A stretch of DNA of 64,000 nt from Bugula neritina (taxonomy: Eukaryota > Animalia > Bryozoa): contig OZ037772.1 in assembly GCA_964035545.1 (NCBI GenBank), positions 310,001-374,000 of the forward strand, written 5' to 3'. Numbering within the stretch: the stretch's first letter is position 1; the number at the start of each line of letters is the position of its first letter. A program made the position numbers and the translations under genes. Shown piece after piece: positions 43,341 to 55,051 of this stretch. A model generated the notes under the pieces. The model worked only from the letters and a program-made list of their open reading frames with translations, was not told the origin of the DNA and did no database searches.

Positions 43341-43655
43341 CGTATGCTCACGTGGAACTATAGAAGGAAATGTCAGCTAGAAGGAGAAGGAAATGGAGGT
43401 CAAGGCCAGCAAAACAATGTCAAGGTCAACTGGGAAAAAGTAGTTTTAGGTCACGAATTGTCATTCTCAAACATGGTGGCTAGTTTGAGCACACTTCTGG
43501 ACTAGAAGAGGAAGGATACGAGGAGACCACAGAGCTCTCTGGGGAGGGAGGTAAAACACGTTTCATCTACAAAGCGAGAGTTGAAAAGAGAACTAATTGG
43601 AAAAAGTTGAAATTTTACTCAATTTGATCAAAAATGAACAGATATTATTAAAAAA
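43333..43655 (+). repeat. Dispersed ~300-bp repeat, copy 2
   Basis: Aligns to 30472-30778, with a ~20-bp insertion. Confidence 0.85.
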
Positions 43656-43834
43656 AATTTCCAGAGATTTTAAAGCTGCTATGACAGGACAACTATAGCA
43701 TATTATAATTATATTATCACTTCATTATATAATAATCATATTACATGATATATTATATTGTTTATATGCCATATTATAATTATATTATATTATAATCATA
43801 CTATATTATAAATATGGTATATTATTATATTATA

Positions 43835-45329
43835 CTATCCATGTACATGACTTGCACCAAGTAGATGCCAAACGTTTCCTTTTCTGTGTTGGCAACTTGG
43901 AGCAGAACTCTTTTGGGTTGAAGGTCTGAAATAGATGGGGAAGAGATGATTCACCGCCCCTAGCAGAGGCGTGATGTCAAGAGAAGAATCCGAGGTCAAG
44001 TTACGACAACTTCTTCTTATGGTGTTGGCGGCTTTGAGAAAGATAGCTCTGTCGCACTCCTTGCCTGAAAACAGGAAACGGGTCATTGTACTTCTATAAA
44101 GGAAACGTACATGAACTGTATCAGAAGCTCAAACTAAAGTCTGTTAATAGTAATGAAAGATATAACAATGTTAATGAGAATTAAAGGCTCTATTAATAGT
44201 AATCATTAGATATCTGAATTTGAATTGTGGGAGGCTAACGCACTCACCCTGAGTAAACATCAGTTTGAACAGAGCACTGAGGTTATCTCCAATACTGTTG
44301 AGACTAGCTATAGCCTGGGAGCACATATCATATTGCAGCCACGGGTCTACCTTAGTAAGTTTCATACCTTCCAACTGTAAAAAGACGACAGAGCGAATAA
44401 AAAAGAATAACTGAACAGAGAATACATTCAACAACAGGTGGTTGTCAGGTGGGTGATATTCCTTACTGCTTCCCTCTGATCGCGTGATGTAACAGTCAAA
44501 TATGACATCACATGTCAACTCACTCTGCACTGCGGGTGGCTGTGACAAGCAGTGCTCCATACTTAGACCACCCACAGTCCAAGCACCTGGAGCACTGCCC
44601 ACATATGGACAAGTGACAAGACAAAGTGCTGGGGATAACTAGCAATACAAAGATAATTAACAGTCAGAGTATGAAGCTGGTACTCACCAGTTTGAAAGTG
44701 TTTCCAATATCATCTCTATAACTGGTTAGAAAGGATTGCACTTGGTAGAGTACTCTGTTAACAGCACCATAAATATCCTCTTTAGCGTGGCAGTTGCCGG
44801 CACCTGCACAACATGAAATAATTACCACCTGCTATTCGTTGACATATGTTAGACCAGTTGCTAGTGACATCAAATGACAGGTACTTGGTTAGCAAATTTA
44901 TACAAATATGAGAGTTCTACTGTCACTTGATCAAAGCTTCCGACACTCTTCGGCTAGTGTGACTCATAAATTATATATGACTTAGGCTAGCAAGTAAGCA
45001 TGAGCTCATTTTATAAGCTATGTAGCTCAAAACTATGCAAGCATCCTACCATAAAGAGACACCACTACACACCGCATCATTGGTATGAGAGTCTTCATAA
45101 GAACTAAAGCTACACTCAAGCCCCACCAGCATGATAGAATATATTGCAAACACTTACTATTGCACATATAGTCTATGGATGAGAGGGTTGCAGTCAGCTT
45201 CTTTGTAGATGTATGGATTCATTGAGCAAGGGCACCTTGGGCACATGCCATGCGCACATCTGTTGACAGCTGTCAAGTACATGACAGTACGTATTGATGC
45301 ACTGCCTTATCTATGTTACTCAGCAGTGC
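43835..45329 (-). pseudogene. 3' exons of an unidentified gene, degenerate
   Basis: GT-AG exons 45329-45158 (ALLSNIDKAVHQYVLSCT*QL..AQ*IH), 44803-44688, 44374-44248 and 44093-43835. The first three are phase-compatible. Two TGA stops and a frame shift at the last junction. Confidence 0.55.
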
Positions 45330-46219
45330 CTGCAAACAAATAAGGAAATATTACTTATGAAATGAGCAGAATTCTTTTTATTTCAGAGATTTTACATACT
45401 CTTACATTAACAAAGACATAAATTTCGAACATCTACATAAAATATTGGAGATAATTTAAATTTTTCTGCAAAATCTGTAAGTTGAACACTAAAAAACAAG
45501 TTTCTGCCCAACATAAAATGTCAACCATTGGAGAATCTTCTGACTCTATAAGTTTGTATCATGAGGATATATTTATTACGATGTGATCAACATCTGCAGC
45601 TTTTCAGAGAAACTAAACTGAATTATGTTGTAAGGCTATTCATGCTATAGTTAACCACTACTATCAATCAATAAAAACAGAAACTGAAAATATCTCTAGT
45701 TACTGTGACATTGCAAAAATGTTGTAAGAAAAATTATTCCAACTTGTAGAAATTGAAAAATTATATTTATAAAAATATTGCAACCTGTAGAAAATTTCAA
45801 AAATGTTTTCAAACAAATCTAAATTTATAACTTTAAAGGGAGAGATCTCAAATAATAATAACACATTGTAATAATCTGATTCAAATACATACCTTTTCGG
45901 TTAGAGAAGAAATATTTCAAATATGAAATAGTTATTGACTTGAGGGATCGTAACTCTCAACTTGTAAAGTTTTGTAAGGAACGCCAAGAATTTGTCTGTC
46001 CACAGCCAGATGTGACGGTGTGACTCTCTCGTTCTGTAATGTCACAGATAATTAATAAATCGACAGTGAAACAATAAACAGTGTCTGTGATAGAGGTAGA
46101 TCTACAAAAAGGACCATGCGTAGCGTAATAGTGTGAGTGTTTTAGAACCAAACACCATTGGTGATGTTTGAAGAGCCCCCAGTCATAACTTTGTCCATAA
46201 TGGAGATAGACCTATAAAA

Positions 46220-46340
46220 GGGACAGCTGTGGTGTACTGAGTAGAGTGCTGGCCTAGTAAACATAAGGTCAGTGGTTGCAGTTCAAACACAGACAGTGAT
46301 GTGAGAAAGAGCATCCAGTAACAATTGCTCCTGCTTCACA
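46220..46340 (+). mobile_element. tRNA-derived SINE, truncated copy
   Basis: Same head and AGAGCATCCAG..AATTGCTCC body as the neighbouring copy. Confidence 0.7.
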
Positions 46341-46376
46341 AGGTCAACATAAATAAAAAATAACAAACAAAAAGAT

Positions 46377-46577
46377 GGAGCAGCTGTGGGCTAGAGGTTA
46401 GAGCACTGGTTTAGTAAACACAAAGTCACGGGTTCGAACCCCAGTAAAGGCTATTGGTGATGTTAGGAAGACCATCCAGCCATAATTGCTCTAGTGTCCC
46501 ACCTGAACATGTCCTTAGTCTGGTTTAGAAAGACTCTTTCCATCAGGGGTTTCTCACAGGGATAGTGACTATACACT
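46377..46577 (+). mobile_element. tRNA-derived SINE, near full length
   Basis: A-box-like TGGGCTAGAGG, B-box GGTTCGAACC, and a TAGTAAA loop suggesting tRNA-Thr(AGT) origin; three copies in the window. Confidence 0.8.
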
Positions 46578-48089
46578 CACAAAAGTTTTACAATTATTAA
46601 AGCAGCAGAATTAGCAGAACATCAGTGAATGTAAACTCAGGTGAATTTTTTAAAATTTATAACATTAAACTAGGACACAGACCTCTAACATAAACTCAAA
46701 GAGCCTATTGCCAAAACCCTGCCGTTGCTTCTTCTCATGGACATGGAAGTCAAGGATACACAGTGGCTCTACCTCTCTCTGATTACCTTGATGGTCGTAG
46801 AGAAACAACTTCTTGATAAAACCAACAGCTGTGCCTTTTTATTACTGCAACAGTATGAAACTATCAGCAACTTGCAGACAGAGAAAGCTTAATCAAAAAC
46901 GAAATTCAGTTTTCCAAATATATGTAAGCTTTCAAGGAGAACATAAAAATTGGCAGCCAATTACAGAGCAAAATGTCACCTTAAAATTTTTATACTGTCA
47001 GCTTAACGTGAACATCAAATATGCAAAATAGAAAACTCTATAGTCTGAGAATTTATAACTTTAGCCCAATAAAATAGTGTGTATTTCGAGTGCTGTCTAA
47101 CTGCCCTGCATCCATTGAAAGTATTAGAATAGATGATGACTCACCTATTTGACTGACATTCAGTATAGATGTAAACTCTTTGGTGAGTATAGGAAAGCTT
47201 GCTGCTTGTAGTTGTCACAGTTGAAAGGCCCTGGGCTTTCTCGGATGCTTCACTCAGTCTGTCAATGACGTGGCACAGGTGCTTCTGAGTGCTTGGGACA
47301 CTAAAAGGAAATGTCATGACATCATTTCCTTTCATATTACAACAGTAAGTAGATATATGATCAATACCAAAACTATGCCAACCCAATTTCCAAACTACCA
47401 TTCAGATTTGGCATGTAAGCCAATAAATTAATATGAATAGACTCATTTCAAACTATCACAAAAGTTTGCTATTTTATGAAGCTGTAAGTAAACTGTGGTA
47501 TGAAAATTAATGTAAAACACGCTTTTTAGTGACTGTAGTACATGTAGAACTAGTAGTAGTCTAACTTGAATCTCAAAATTTTATAATGCAAAAAACTCTA
47601 AAATCTTATGCTGATTCATTAACTTATATTTTAATGTAGAATACCTCTATCCTCTTTTCTAACTTTAGATCACTCACTATCTATGTTTGTATACATAACA
47701 TTTGTTAAAAAACTCTCAATTTATTAGATTATTAAAAACTACATTTTTTCTTTATTTCACTTAAATTTCAACATAAAAATTCGATTAAGTATGAAATAAC
47801 GTTAAAATTAACTTCAAGAATCTTGTTATGTTTTTAAAAATATAAAACCCTAATTCAAACTTTGATAATTTAGAAAAAAATAGTTTAAAATCATTTGTAT
47901 ATAATTGCAGCAACAATTACTATTAGTTAATTGAAAAAGGTTTTGATTTAGCTGACCTAAGGCTAATAATAAATTGTTCAAATTTTTGTACATGTGTCAC
48001 CAACTTTAAATTACTTAGTTTACAAATACTTTTGCTGGTCTTAAGAGTCTATCGATGATAAAAATAGTTTTTCCTTCCACAAGTGAGCT

Positions 48090-48245
48090 AACATTGAAAT
48101 CAAAATTTATTTGATCTTGTCTTCAGCTTCTGCCCAGATATGGCAATTTCAACTTGCTAAACCAAAATTGAAAAGTTCATTTTTATCATTATTGCATATG
48201 AAATGAGCATTTCGCAGTTGAACCCATCAGAAATGACAGAATTAA
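48090..48245 (-). mobile_element. Possible hAT transposase dimerisation-domain relic
   Basis: Fragmentary STAKCSF..IKNEL..INFD resembles the hAT C-terminal S.AERSFS...IK..LR pattern; heavily decayed. Confidence 0.3.
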
Positions 48246-48460
48246 TATGAAAAAGAATGAAATACAGTTTAAATTAGATCAAATTTGTTTGCAGTTTTAC
48301 TGCATTGTCATGGCCAATGAGCATAATATCAACATGTATACAGCTAATAGCATGATTGTTTTACTACTACTATTATAAGTTTTTACTTTCAGCATAATTG
48401 ACTATTACACTTACTATAGCAATAGGCATGGTCAATGACCATAAATTGAGTGTTAGCATG

Positions 48461-48767
48461 TGTGGTGGTTCGTGGAACTACCAGCAGCACAACATGTAGG
48501 GTCGCGTAATTGACCCGGAACAATGGATAGCCAATTAGCGTATTTGATAGTTAGCAGCAATTATAGTTTCCCGCTGCTAACTCAGTCGAAGCTAGAGCGT
48601 CAAATAGATTAGATGTGTAAATTGTCTGAATGTATTGTATCGTTTTTATAATGTATCATTGTGTGTAAAATATATACTCGTTCACTCGACTTATCCTGGT
48701 GCAGTTCTATAGCAAATAATTAGACTCTCTGGATAGCATATCAACCCTAAATCTGGAAAACATAACA
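48461..48767 (+). repeat. 5' LTR (TGT...ACA); start could alternatively be 48451
   Basis: Ends CATAACA one base before the PBS. There is no second LTR to confirm the left edge. Confidence 0.7.
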
Positions 48768-48768
48768 G

Positions 48769-48786
48769 TGGTGGCAGCGGTGGGAT
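48769..48786 (+). promoter_or_regulatory. Primer-binding site complementary to the tRNA-Leu 3' end
   Basis: TGGTGGCAGCGGTGGGAT is the reverse complement of ...ATCCCACCGCTGCCA-CCA of eukaryotic tRNA-Leu(AAG). Confidence 0.9.
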
Positions 48787-48798
48787 AGTGCATCCAAG

Positions 48799-49752
48799 AT
48801 GGAGACTGAAAATGCGGGAACTCAACCACCGGCAATAGAAGGTGAGCGTAGAGACAATGCTGTAGAGACAATGCCTGTTAACCATGTAGTAGAGGAGCGA
48901 AGGGTTCCGCGAGAACTAACTGAAGACCGCTACCGGTTGAAGGCGCCCACCTTCACGGGTGAAGAGGAGGTGGAGCAATTTATCCAAGAGTTTAGCGACG
49001 TAATGGACGTCGCCCAGTGGCCCCCTAGGGTGGCCTTGCTGAAGCTTAGAATGGCATTGATGGACAAAGCCAAGCCCTATGGGCTGGGCGTAGACATTGA
49101 TAATATCTTTGCTTCTCTGCGGGCCCGCTTCGGCCTCTCTGCTACAGATGCCAGGGCCCGATTGGAGAGGTTGCGGCGTGATCCCCGCACCCCACTGCGG
49201 GAGCACGCCGCCGCGGTCATGAAGCTGGCACAGATCGCGTACAGCGACTTGCCCCCAGTCAACCGCGAGAGGTATACTCTCGACGCTTTCATAGCATCTG
49301 TCGACGATCTGGGTCTCCACCACCAGTTTCTAGCTAGGGGAGTCACCACCGTTGAAGATGCTCTGACTGAGGGGGAAGCTTACCTCCTAGCTAATCAAAT
49401 GCATAAAAGTCGCGGAAGCTCCCGTCAAGTGGAGATAGACCGCGCAGACACGGCCGCGGGACAAGGGGAGGAAACCTCCGCCGCGGCTGCCGTGTCCCAG
49501 TTGGCGACGGCATCGAAAGTCACTCAACTGACAGACATGCTGGCCAAGCTGATAGCAACACTGACACCACAAACCCTAGTGAGTACCGCCACTGAGCCCA
49601 TGCGGCCACCGGCGCCGCCACAGGGAGAAACAGTCAGTTTTTGCTGGGAGTGCGGAAATCAAGGGCATTTCCGCCGATACTGTCCCTTCCTAAATCAGGG
49701 GTTAAACTACCGCGGCCCGCAGATGTTCCCACCTCCTGCGGGCCGACGATGA
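48799..49752 (+). CDS. gag: Gag, 317 aa, with CCHC zinc knuckle
   Basis: Open ORF; PTFTGEEEVEQF capsid-like start; CWECGNQGHFRRYC. Confidence 0.9.
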   Translation: METENAGTQPPAIEGERRDNAVETMPVNHVVEERRVPRELTEDRYRLKAPTFTGEEEVEQFIQEFSDVMDVAQWPPRVALLKLRMALMDKAKPYGLGVDIDNIFASLRARFGLSATDARARLERLRRDPRTPLREHAAAVMKLAQIAYSDLPPVNRERYTLDAFIASVDDLGLHHQFLARGVTTVEDALTEGEAYLLANQMHKSRGSSRQVEIDRADTAAGQGEETSAAAAVSQLATASKVTQLTDMLAKLIATLTPQTLVSTATEPMRPPAPPQGETVSFCWECGNQGHFRRYCPFLNQGLNYRGPQMFPPPAGRR

Positions 49753-49765
49753 AACCTCCAGGGAA
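49701..49765 (+). promoter_or_regulatory. -1 ribosomal frameshift signal (G-TTA-AAC plus stem-loop/pseudoknot)
   Basis: Heptamer in the gag frame; perfect 10-bp stem 49713-49722/49736-49745; pol is open in the -1 frame. Confidence 0.8.
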
Positions 49766-52700
49766 GAAGAAACGCAGGTCACCCAAATGGGTACCGCGTA
49801 CTGGCAACCAACAGTGGCAACAGCCACGACGGACCAGCAAGGGGCTTCGCCCCGCGGCTATTTTTTCTATGCCCCTTCACAACAGATTCGCAGAGCTACA
49901 AGCCCAAGAATCTGGATGGGAACCCACAAAGGTAGCCGGGAATCTAGCCTCGGCACCCCCGAGGTCTACTTACCACCGCTACAAGAGACCTCCTTCGCGA
50001 CCCAAAGCGAGGGAGGTACTCCCTGCGAGAGTAAGGCCTGAAGAGAGAGTTCAGGTGCAGCCCCATGGGAACAGCTATTTCTTGCCCGGTAAACTGGAAG
50101 GCAAAGCTGTCACAGGATAGTTAAGGGCATCCTCACTAAGAATATCATAAATTTCTCTCAAAATGTAGTTTAAGTTCTTAAATAATATGGCTTTGTTGGT
50201 GGCATGCGTGTTGCCTACTTGCAATTGTTTAGCCTAAGATCAAACTACAACCAATAAGCAGCAACCTTCATTAGGGCTGCGTGATCTATCAACATTCCAT
50301 TATGGGTGCTACATAAACAAAGTACAAAGCAAGCTATTCATTATAGCCTGCCAGCTAACAAGCCTGTAATTAGCATGTACGCGCCAATATCTTCTCATCC
50401 CTACGTGCTCATTGAAGCGTGAAGTACTGCGCGCTGCTAATTTTCTATGAAAAAATATAGCATTTTCAGTGTATAAATCACCAATTTATGGGCAATCTAG
50501 AAGAGTTATTGGAAAAAGAAAAAAACTTGCACTGGAGAAATATCTCAGGATTCCAGCAGTGCAATTTTTATTCAGATATCATGTTTTACTGGTACTGAAA
50601 AGTCAGCTTTTCAGGCAAAATTGGCCCAAAATTGGGCAGTTTTCTGTCTATAACTTTGCAAAAAAAATGAAAATTGAAATTTCCAAAAAACTTACACTGG
50701 GGAAAAAGAAGATCTACAACAAAGTTTTTAAATTTTGACTCTAGCACAATTAGGTGAGATTTTATTTTACTGGTACTGAATTCTTATATGATTACAATGC
50801 AAACCTCTGCAAGGCAGTTGCAGCTAAAAGGTTGCCCTTAACTATCCTGTGGTTACTTTCCTCATTAATTCAGGCTGTACCACGAGCCTCTTGAGCCGCC
50901 AACTCTTCGACACCCTCAGTGCTAGGGTCAGGGGCGAGATGGAAGCATACGAAGGGGAGTATGGCACCCTAGCTGACGGGTCGTGCCTTCCCTTCTATGG
51001 TATAATTGAGCTGACGGGACGAGTCCGTGATCAAACGATCCAAGAGACATTCATCGTCAGTCAGCTCAAGGAGGACGCCATCCTCGGGATGCCATTCCTA
51101 CAACGGCACGGGTGTCACATAGATTTTAGCAAATCTGCGATGATGATGTCCGGGCGAGAACTCGCCTGCGTCGACAAGTTCGGCCGCCCTTTAGTAGGAG
51201 GTGTGCAAGTGATACGCAACCGTACCATACCAGGCCGCTCCCGGGCTACCATTCACTGCAGGGTGAATAATAGCTGGATCTCTGGACTCGGGGTAGTTGA
51301 AGGCGCGCACGAAAAGATCCAACTTGCCAGCAGTCTGAATCAGCTGACTGAGCAAGGGGAGATCTTAGTGCAGTGCGTCAACCCCTTTACCGAGTCTATC
51401 AAGCTTCCGGCTGGGTCGATGCTGGGCCGTTTTCACTCTGTTCAAGAGGAGGACGTAGGCCCGTCGCTGGGTGATGCGACAGAGGCACTTCCTCAGTGCC
51501 CTACTCAAGGGCGAGGGGCAGTCCCAGCACAACTCCGGGAGTTATATGACACAGCCTGTAGCGGCTGCGCGAGTAACAAAGAACGCCAAGTTATGGCTAG
51601 GTTACTACGCGACTACGGTGATGTGTTCAACAGCGGAGAGCATGACGTGGGACTGACTGGAATTGTCAGACACGAAATACCGCTGACTGCAGGGACAGTC
51701 CCTGTCCGGCAGCCCACACGCAGGCTGGGGCCGGAGAAAGAGAAAGAGGTTAGCCGACAAGTACGGGATCTTCTGGGCCGGGGACTGATAGAGCCCGCCC
51801 ATAGTGCGTGGAGCTCGCCAGTCGTACTGGTCCGGAAGAAAGACGGCAGTTGGCGGTTCTGTGTGGATCACCGCAAACTCAATAGCGTAACCATACAGGA
51901 CGCTTACCCTCTACCTCTTATTGACGAGTCATTGGACGCCCTAGCCGGCAGCAAGTACTTCAGTACGTTAGACTTGCTAAGCGGCTATTGGCAGGTTCCT
52001 CTGAGTCCCGACGCCCAGGAGAAAGCGGCGTTCATCACACGGGACGGGTTGTGGAAGTGGAAGGTGCTGCCTTTCGGGTTGACCTCCGCCCCAGCCACCC
52101 TCCAGAGGCTGATGGAGCAAATCCTCAGCGGGCTCCATTGGAAGACACTGCTGATCTACCTCGATGATGTCATCGTGATCTCCCCAGACTTTGAGACACA
52201 TGTCAGTCATCTGCAGGAGGTCTTTGAGAGACTCCGAGGTGCCGGTCTTAAGCTCAAGCCTTCTAAGTGCGCTCTATTGCAGCCAGAGGTTAAGTACCTA
52301 GAGCACGTTGTCGGTCGAAACGGCGTGGCAACGGATCCCGAGAAGGTACGGGCAGTAGAAGACTGGGTCACCCCCCAAGACTTGACCGGACTCCGGGCTT
52401 TCTTGGGGCTGGTAGGGTATTACAGGCAATACATACCAGACTTTGCGGGCATAGCACAGCCGTTAAACCGGCTCACCGCAAAGGGAGTGACGTGGCAGTG
52501 GACCCCAGTCGAACAAGAAGCATTCGACCGCCTCAAGGGCTGCCTACTAACGGCGCCCATCTTGGCCTACCCAGACCCCACTCTGGAGTACATCCTCGAC
52601 ACGGACGCCAGTGACCAAAATGTTGGCGCTGTGCTGTCACAGGTGCAGGAAGGCCGAGAAGTAGTAGTAGCCTACTACAGCAAGTCTCTCTCACCCACTG

Positions 52701-53883
52701 AACAAAACTACTGCACTACCCGCAAGGAGCTGCTGGCAGTAATCAAGTCGGTTAAGCACTTCAGACCATACCTATACGGCAGGAAGTTCCGGCTGCGTAC
52801 GGATCATGCCTCGCTGATCTGGTTGTGCAAGAGAGCAGAGCCCTCTAGTCAGGTCGCCCGGTGGCTCGAAATCCTAGCTGAATTCTCATACCGGATCGAA
52901 CATCGACCGGGCAAGAGACACAGCAATGCGGATGGGTTGAGTCGCCGATCTGACGGAGGTTGTAAACAGTGTCTCAACATCGAGAGGAGGGATGGAGGTC
53001 CCCCGCGATGCGAGTTGGAGACGCTGGCTCACCACGGAGCACCGTTTGACTGGTACCAGGGTCAACTCAGGCAGGGAGTTGATGAGTCCTCGGAGGGTGT
53101 ACAAAACCTCCGCGCCAACCCTGAACTGGCCGGTAATGTTCGAGAGCTGAAGAAGCTCCAAGAAGAGCTGCCTGGAGTCGTGGCAGACATATACCGGGCC
53201 AAAAGGGAAGGGAAGGAAGAGGGTAGTCTGCCCCACGGCCATCCGCCGTGAGTTGATTTGGGATACTCACAAACAGGCCCATGCAGGGGTCAAGAGACTG
53301 ATGTCCAAATTACGACTCCGGTGGTATTGGCCACAAACGGAGCGTGACGTCCGGCTCAGAGTCAAACAGTGTGAGATCTGCCAGGCCAGTAAGCATAGCC
53401 GCCCCCCTGGTGAAGCAGGACGGCGGAGGCTATATGCTGGTAGGCCCTAGCAAGTAGTCGCTGTAGACCTGGTCGGACCCATGCCCCTGACCCCCAGAGG
53501 CAATAATTGGATCCTAGTACTAACCGACCACTTTACTAGGTGGGCGCTAGACCAACATGTATTCTGTTATTTTGGGCTTCCCGAACAGATACACTCTGAT
53601 CAAGGCGCTCAATTCCAGTCTCAACTGATGAGCAACCTTTGTCACCTCTGGGGAGTAAATCAGAGCAGGACCACCCCCTACCACCCTCAAGGTAACGGGG
53701 TGGTGGAGCGCAACAGCCGGATGCTAGGTGATGCACTCCGGAGTCTCCTCCTTGGACGAGGTCAAGAGGAATTGGATACGGTGTCGCCGCAAGTCATGCG
53801 TGCATACCGTAGCACCCCACACACCAGTACTGGTGAGACCCCAAACCTCTTGATGCTCGGGAGAGAGACTCGTGTCCCTGACC
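49707..53883 (+). pseudogene. pol: Pol (PR-RT-RNaseH-IN), disrupted
   Basis: FLINSG protease motif (D>N), LPFGL and YLDD, TDAS, TDH, H..H..C..C zinc finger, VDL/HSDQG/VER integrase core. Insertion at 50111-50851, frameshift near 53230-53253, TAG at 53448, a deletion in the IN core, and 3' truncation. Confidence 0.92.
50111..50851. mobile_element. 741-bp non-autonomous DNA transposon with CACAG...CTGTG termini and 2-bp TSD (CMC/EnSpm-like)
   Basis: Perfect 19-bp TIR CACAGGATAGTTAAGGGCA / TGCCCTTAACTATCCTGTG. GT is duplicated on both sides, and removal restores GKAVTFLINSG. Confidence 0.92.
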
Positions 53884-54117
53884 TGTATGTTATACAGTAT
53901 ACTATGTTATACAGTATACTATGTTATACAGTATACTATGTTATACAGTATATTATGTTTTACAGTATATTATGTTATACAGTATACTATGTTATACAGT
54001 ATATTATGTCATACAGTATATTATGTCATACAGTATACTATGTCATACAGTATATTATGTCATACAGTATATTATATCATACAGTATACTATGTTATACA
54101 GTGTATAATGTTATACA
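53884..54117. repeat. 17-bp minisatellite (TATACAGTATACTATGT)n
   Basis: About 14 copies abutting the truncated integrase. Confidence 0.95.
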
Positions 54118-55051
54118 TAGACTGGAGTATGATTTATTAATCCAATCAGATGCAAGTATGAACTGCGTGTTCCTGTAAAGTACAGCCAATCATAATCCTG
54201 TGCCAACTTTAGTGTCTCACAGTTTGTGAACTGCAAAAAAACCAACTCATTCACCACCATGTCAATCAAATAATATAATATAAAGTATATTATGTAGCAA
54301 CAGCTGGGATGAGGTGAAACTCTACCAGAAATAATGTGTCCTATAAAAATTGCTCACAGCTTCTTAGAAGCAAGTATTTTACACTTGAACATGCAAGACT
54401 TGTACAGCTTATAATGGTGACATTGTTGAACTGATACACACCTCTGATTAGATGAGTTTTACATAATAAAACAATTGTTCATCACTTTTATTATTAGTCT
54501 AAGGTTGACAATAATTTACACTGTTAGTTATTGGTTGTAAACTGATCAGTTCATCATTAAGTACTTGTTTGCTGCTGCCTGGTTTATAACTGCTTATCAC
54601 AATTTTAATAACAGAGAAATTATCTTCTCTTGTTGTCTCCAGGTGCTACTGTATTTGACAGGTTTCCCTGTTAATAAAGTAATCTTATACTGATGCTGAT
54701 GACATCCACAAACACTTGTGTAGGGGAACAATTGACCCTTCTCTACAACAGGAAAAGAATTGGTAAGACACGTACCACTAATATTACATAGCTTATTTTA
54801 TCAATTTACTTATCCTTAATTTTATTGATTAAAAGTTACTTGATTGTAGGCTATTTTATAAATTGTTCCTATTAGACTAATTTGAGTGTACCTATACAAT
54901 ACTAGGTTTATATGACTGTGGTATATTGCTGAGTACACATTAAATCATAGACAGTGTAAATAATAGTTACTGTAGACTTTGCTCATAGTAAACTGAGTGG
55001 AAGAATTTACAGTCCAGTTCTTCGTGATGGAAAATTTCTATCTGCAGAAGA

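Larger units (their letters stand above)
45893..47300 (-). pseudogene. ATAT1: Alpha-tubulin N-acetyltransferase (MEC-17) pseudogene
   Basis: Exons 47300-47145 (VIDRLSEASEKAQGL), 46844-46683 (VGFIK----KLFLYD..EVEPLCILDFHVHEKKQRQGFGNRLFEFML) and 46033-45893 (HLAVDR..KFLAFL..IPQVNNY.IFE). The VGYK segment is deleted, there are frameshifts, and the first coding exon was not found. Confidence 0.88.
48461..53883 (+). mobile_element. Ty3/gypsy LTR retrotransposon, 3'-truncated
   Basis: LTR-PBS-gag-PR-RT-RNaseH-IN order; much higher GC and CpG than the flanks; no 3' LTR. Confidence 0.96.

Noticed and set aside
46377-46450. tRNA-Thr gene
   Set aside because: The stems do not close, and the head is joined to a repeated SINE body in three copies.
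48916-53736. Antisense and alternative-frame ORFs within the gypsy element
   Set aside because: Shadow ORFs expected in GC-rich coding sequence; no motifs.
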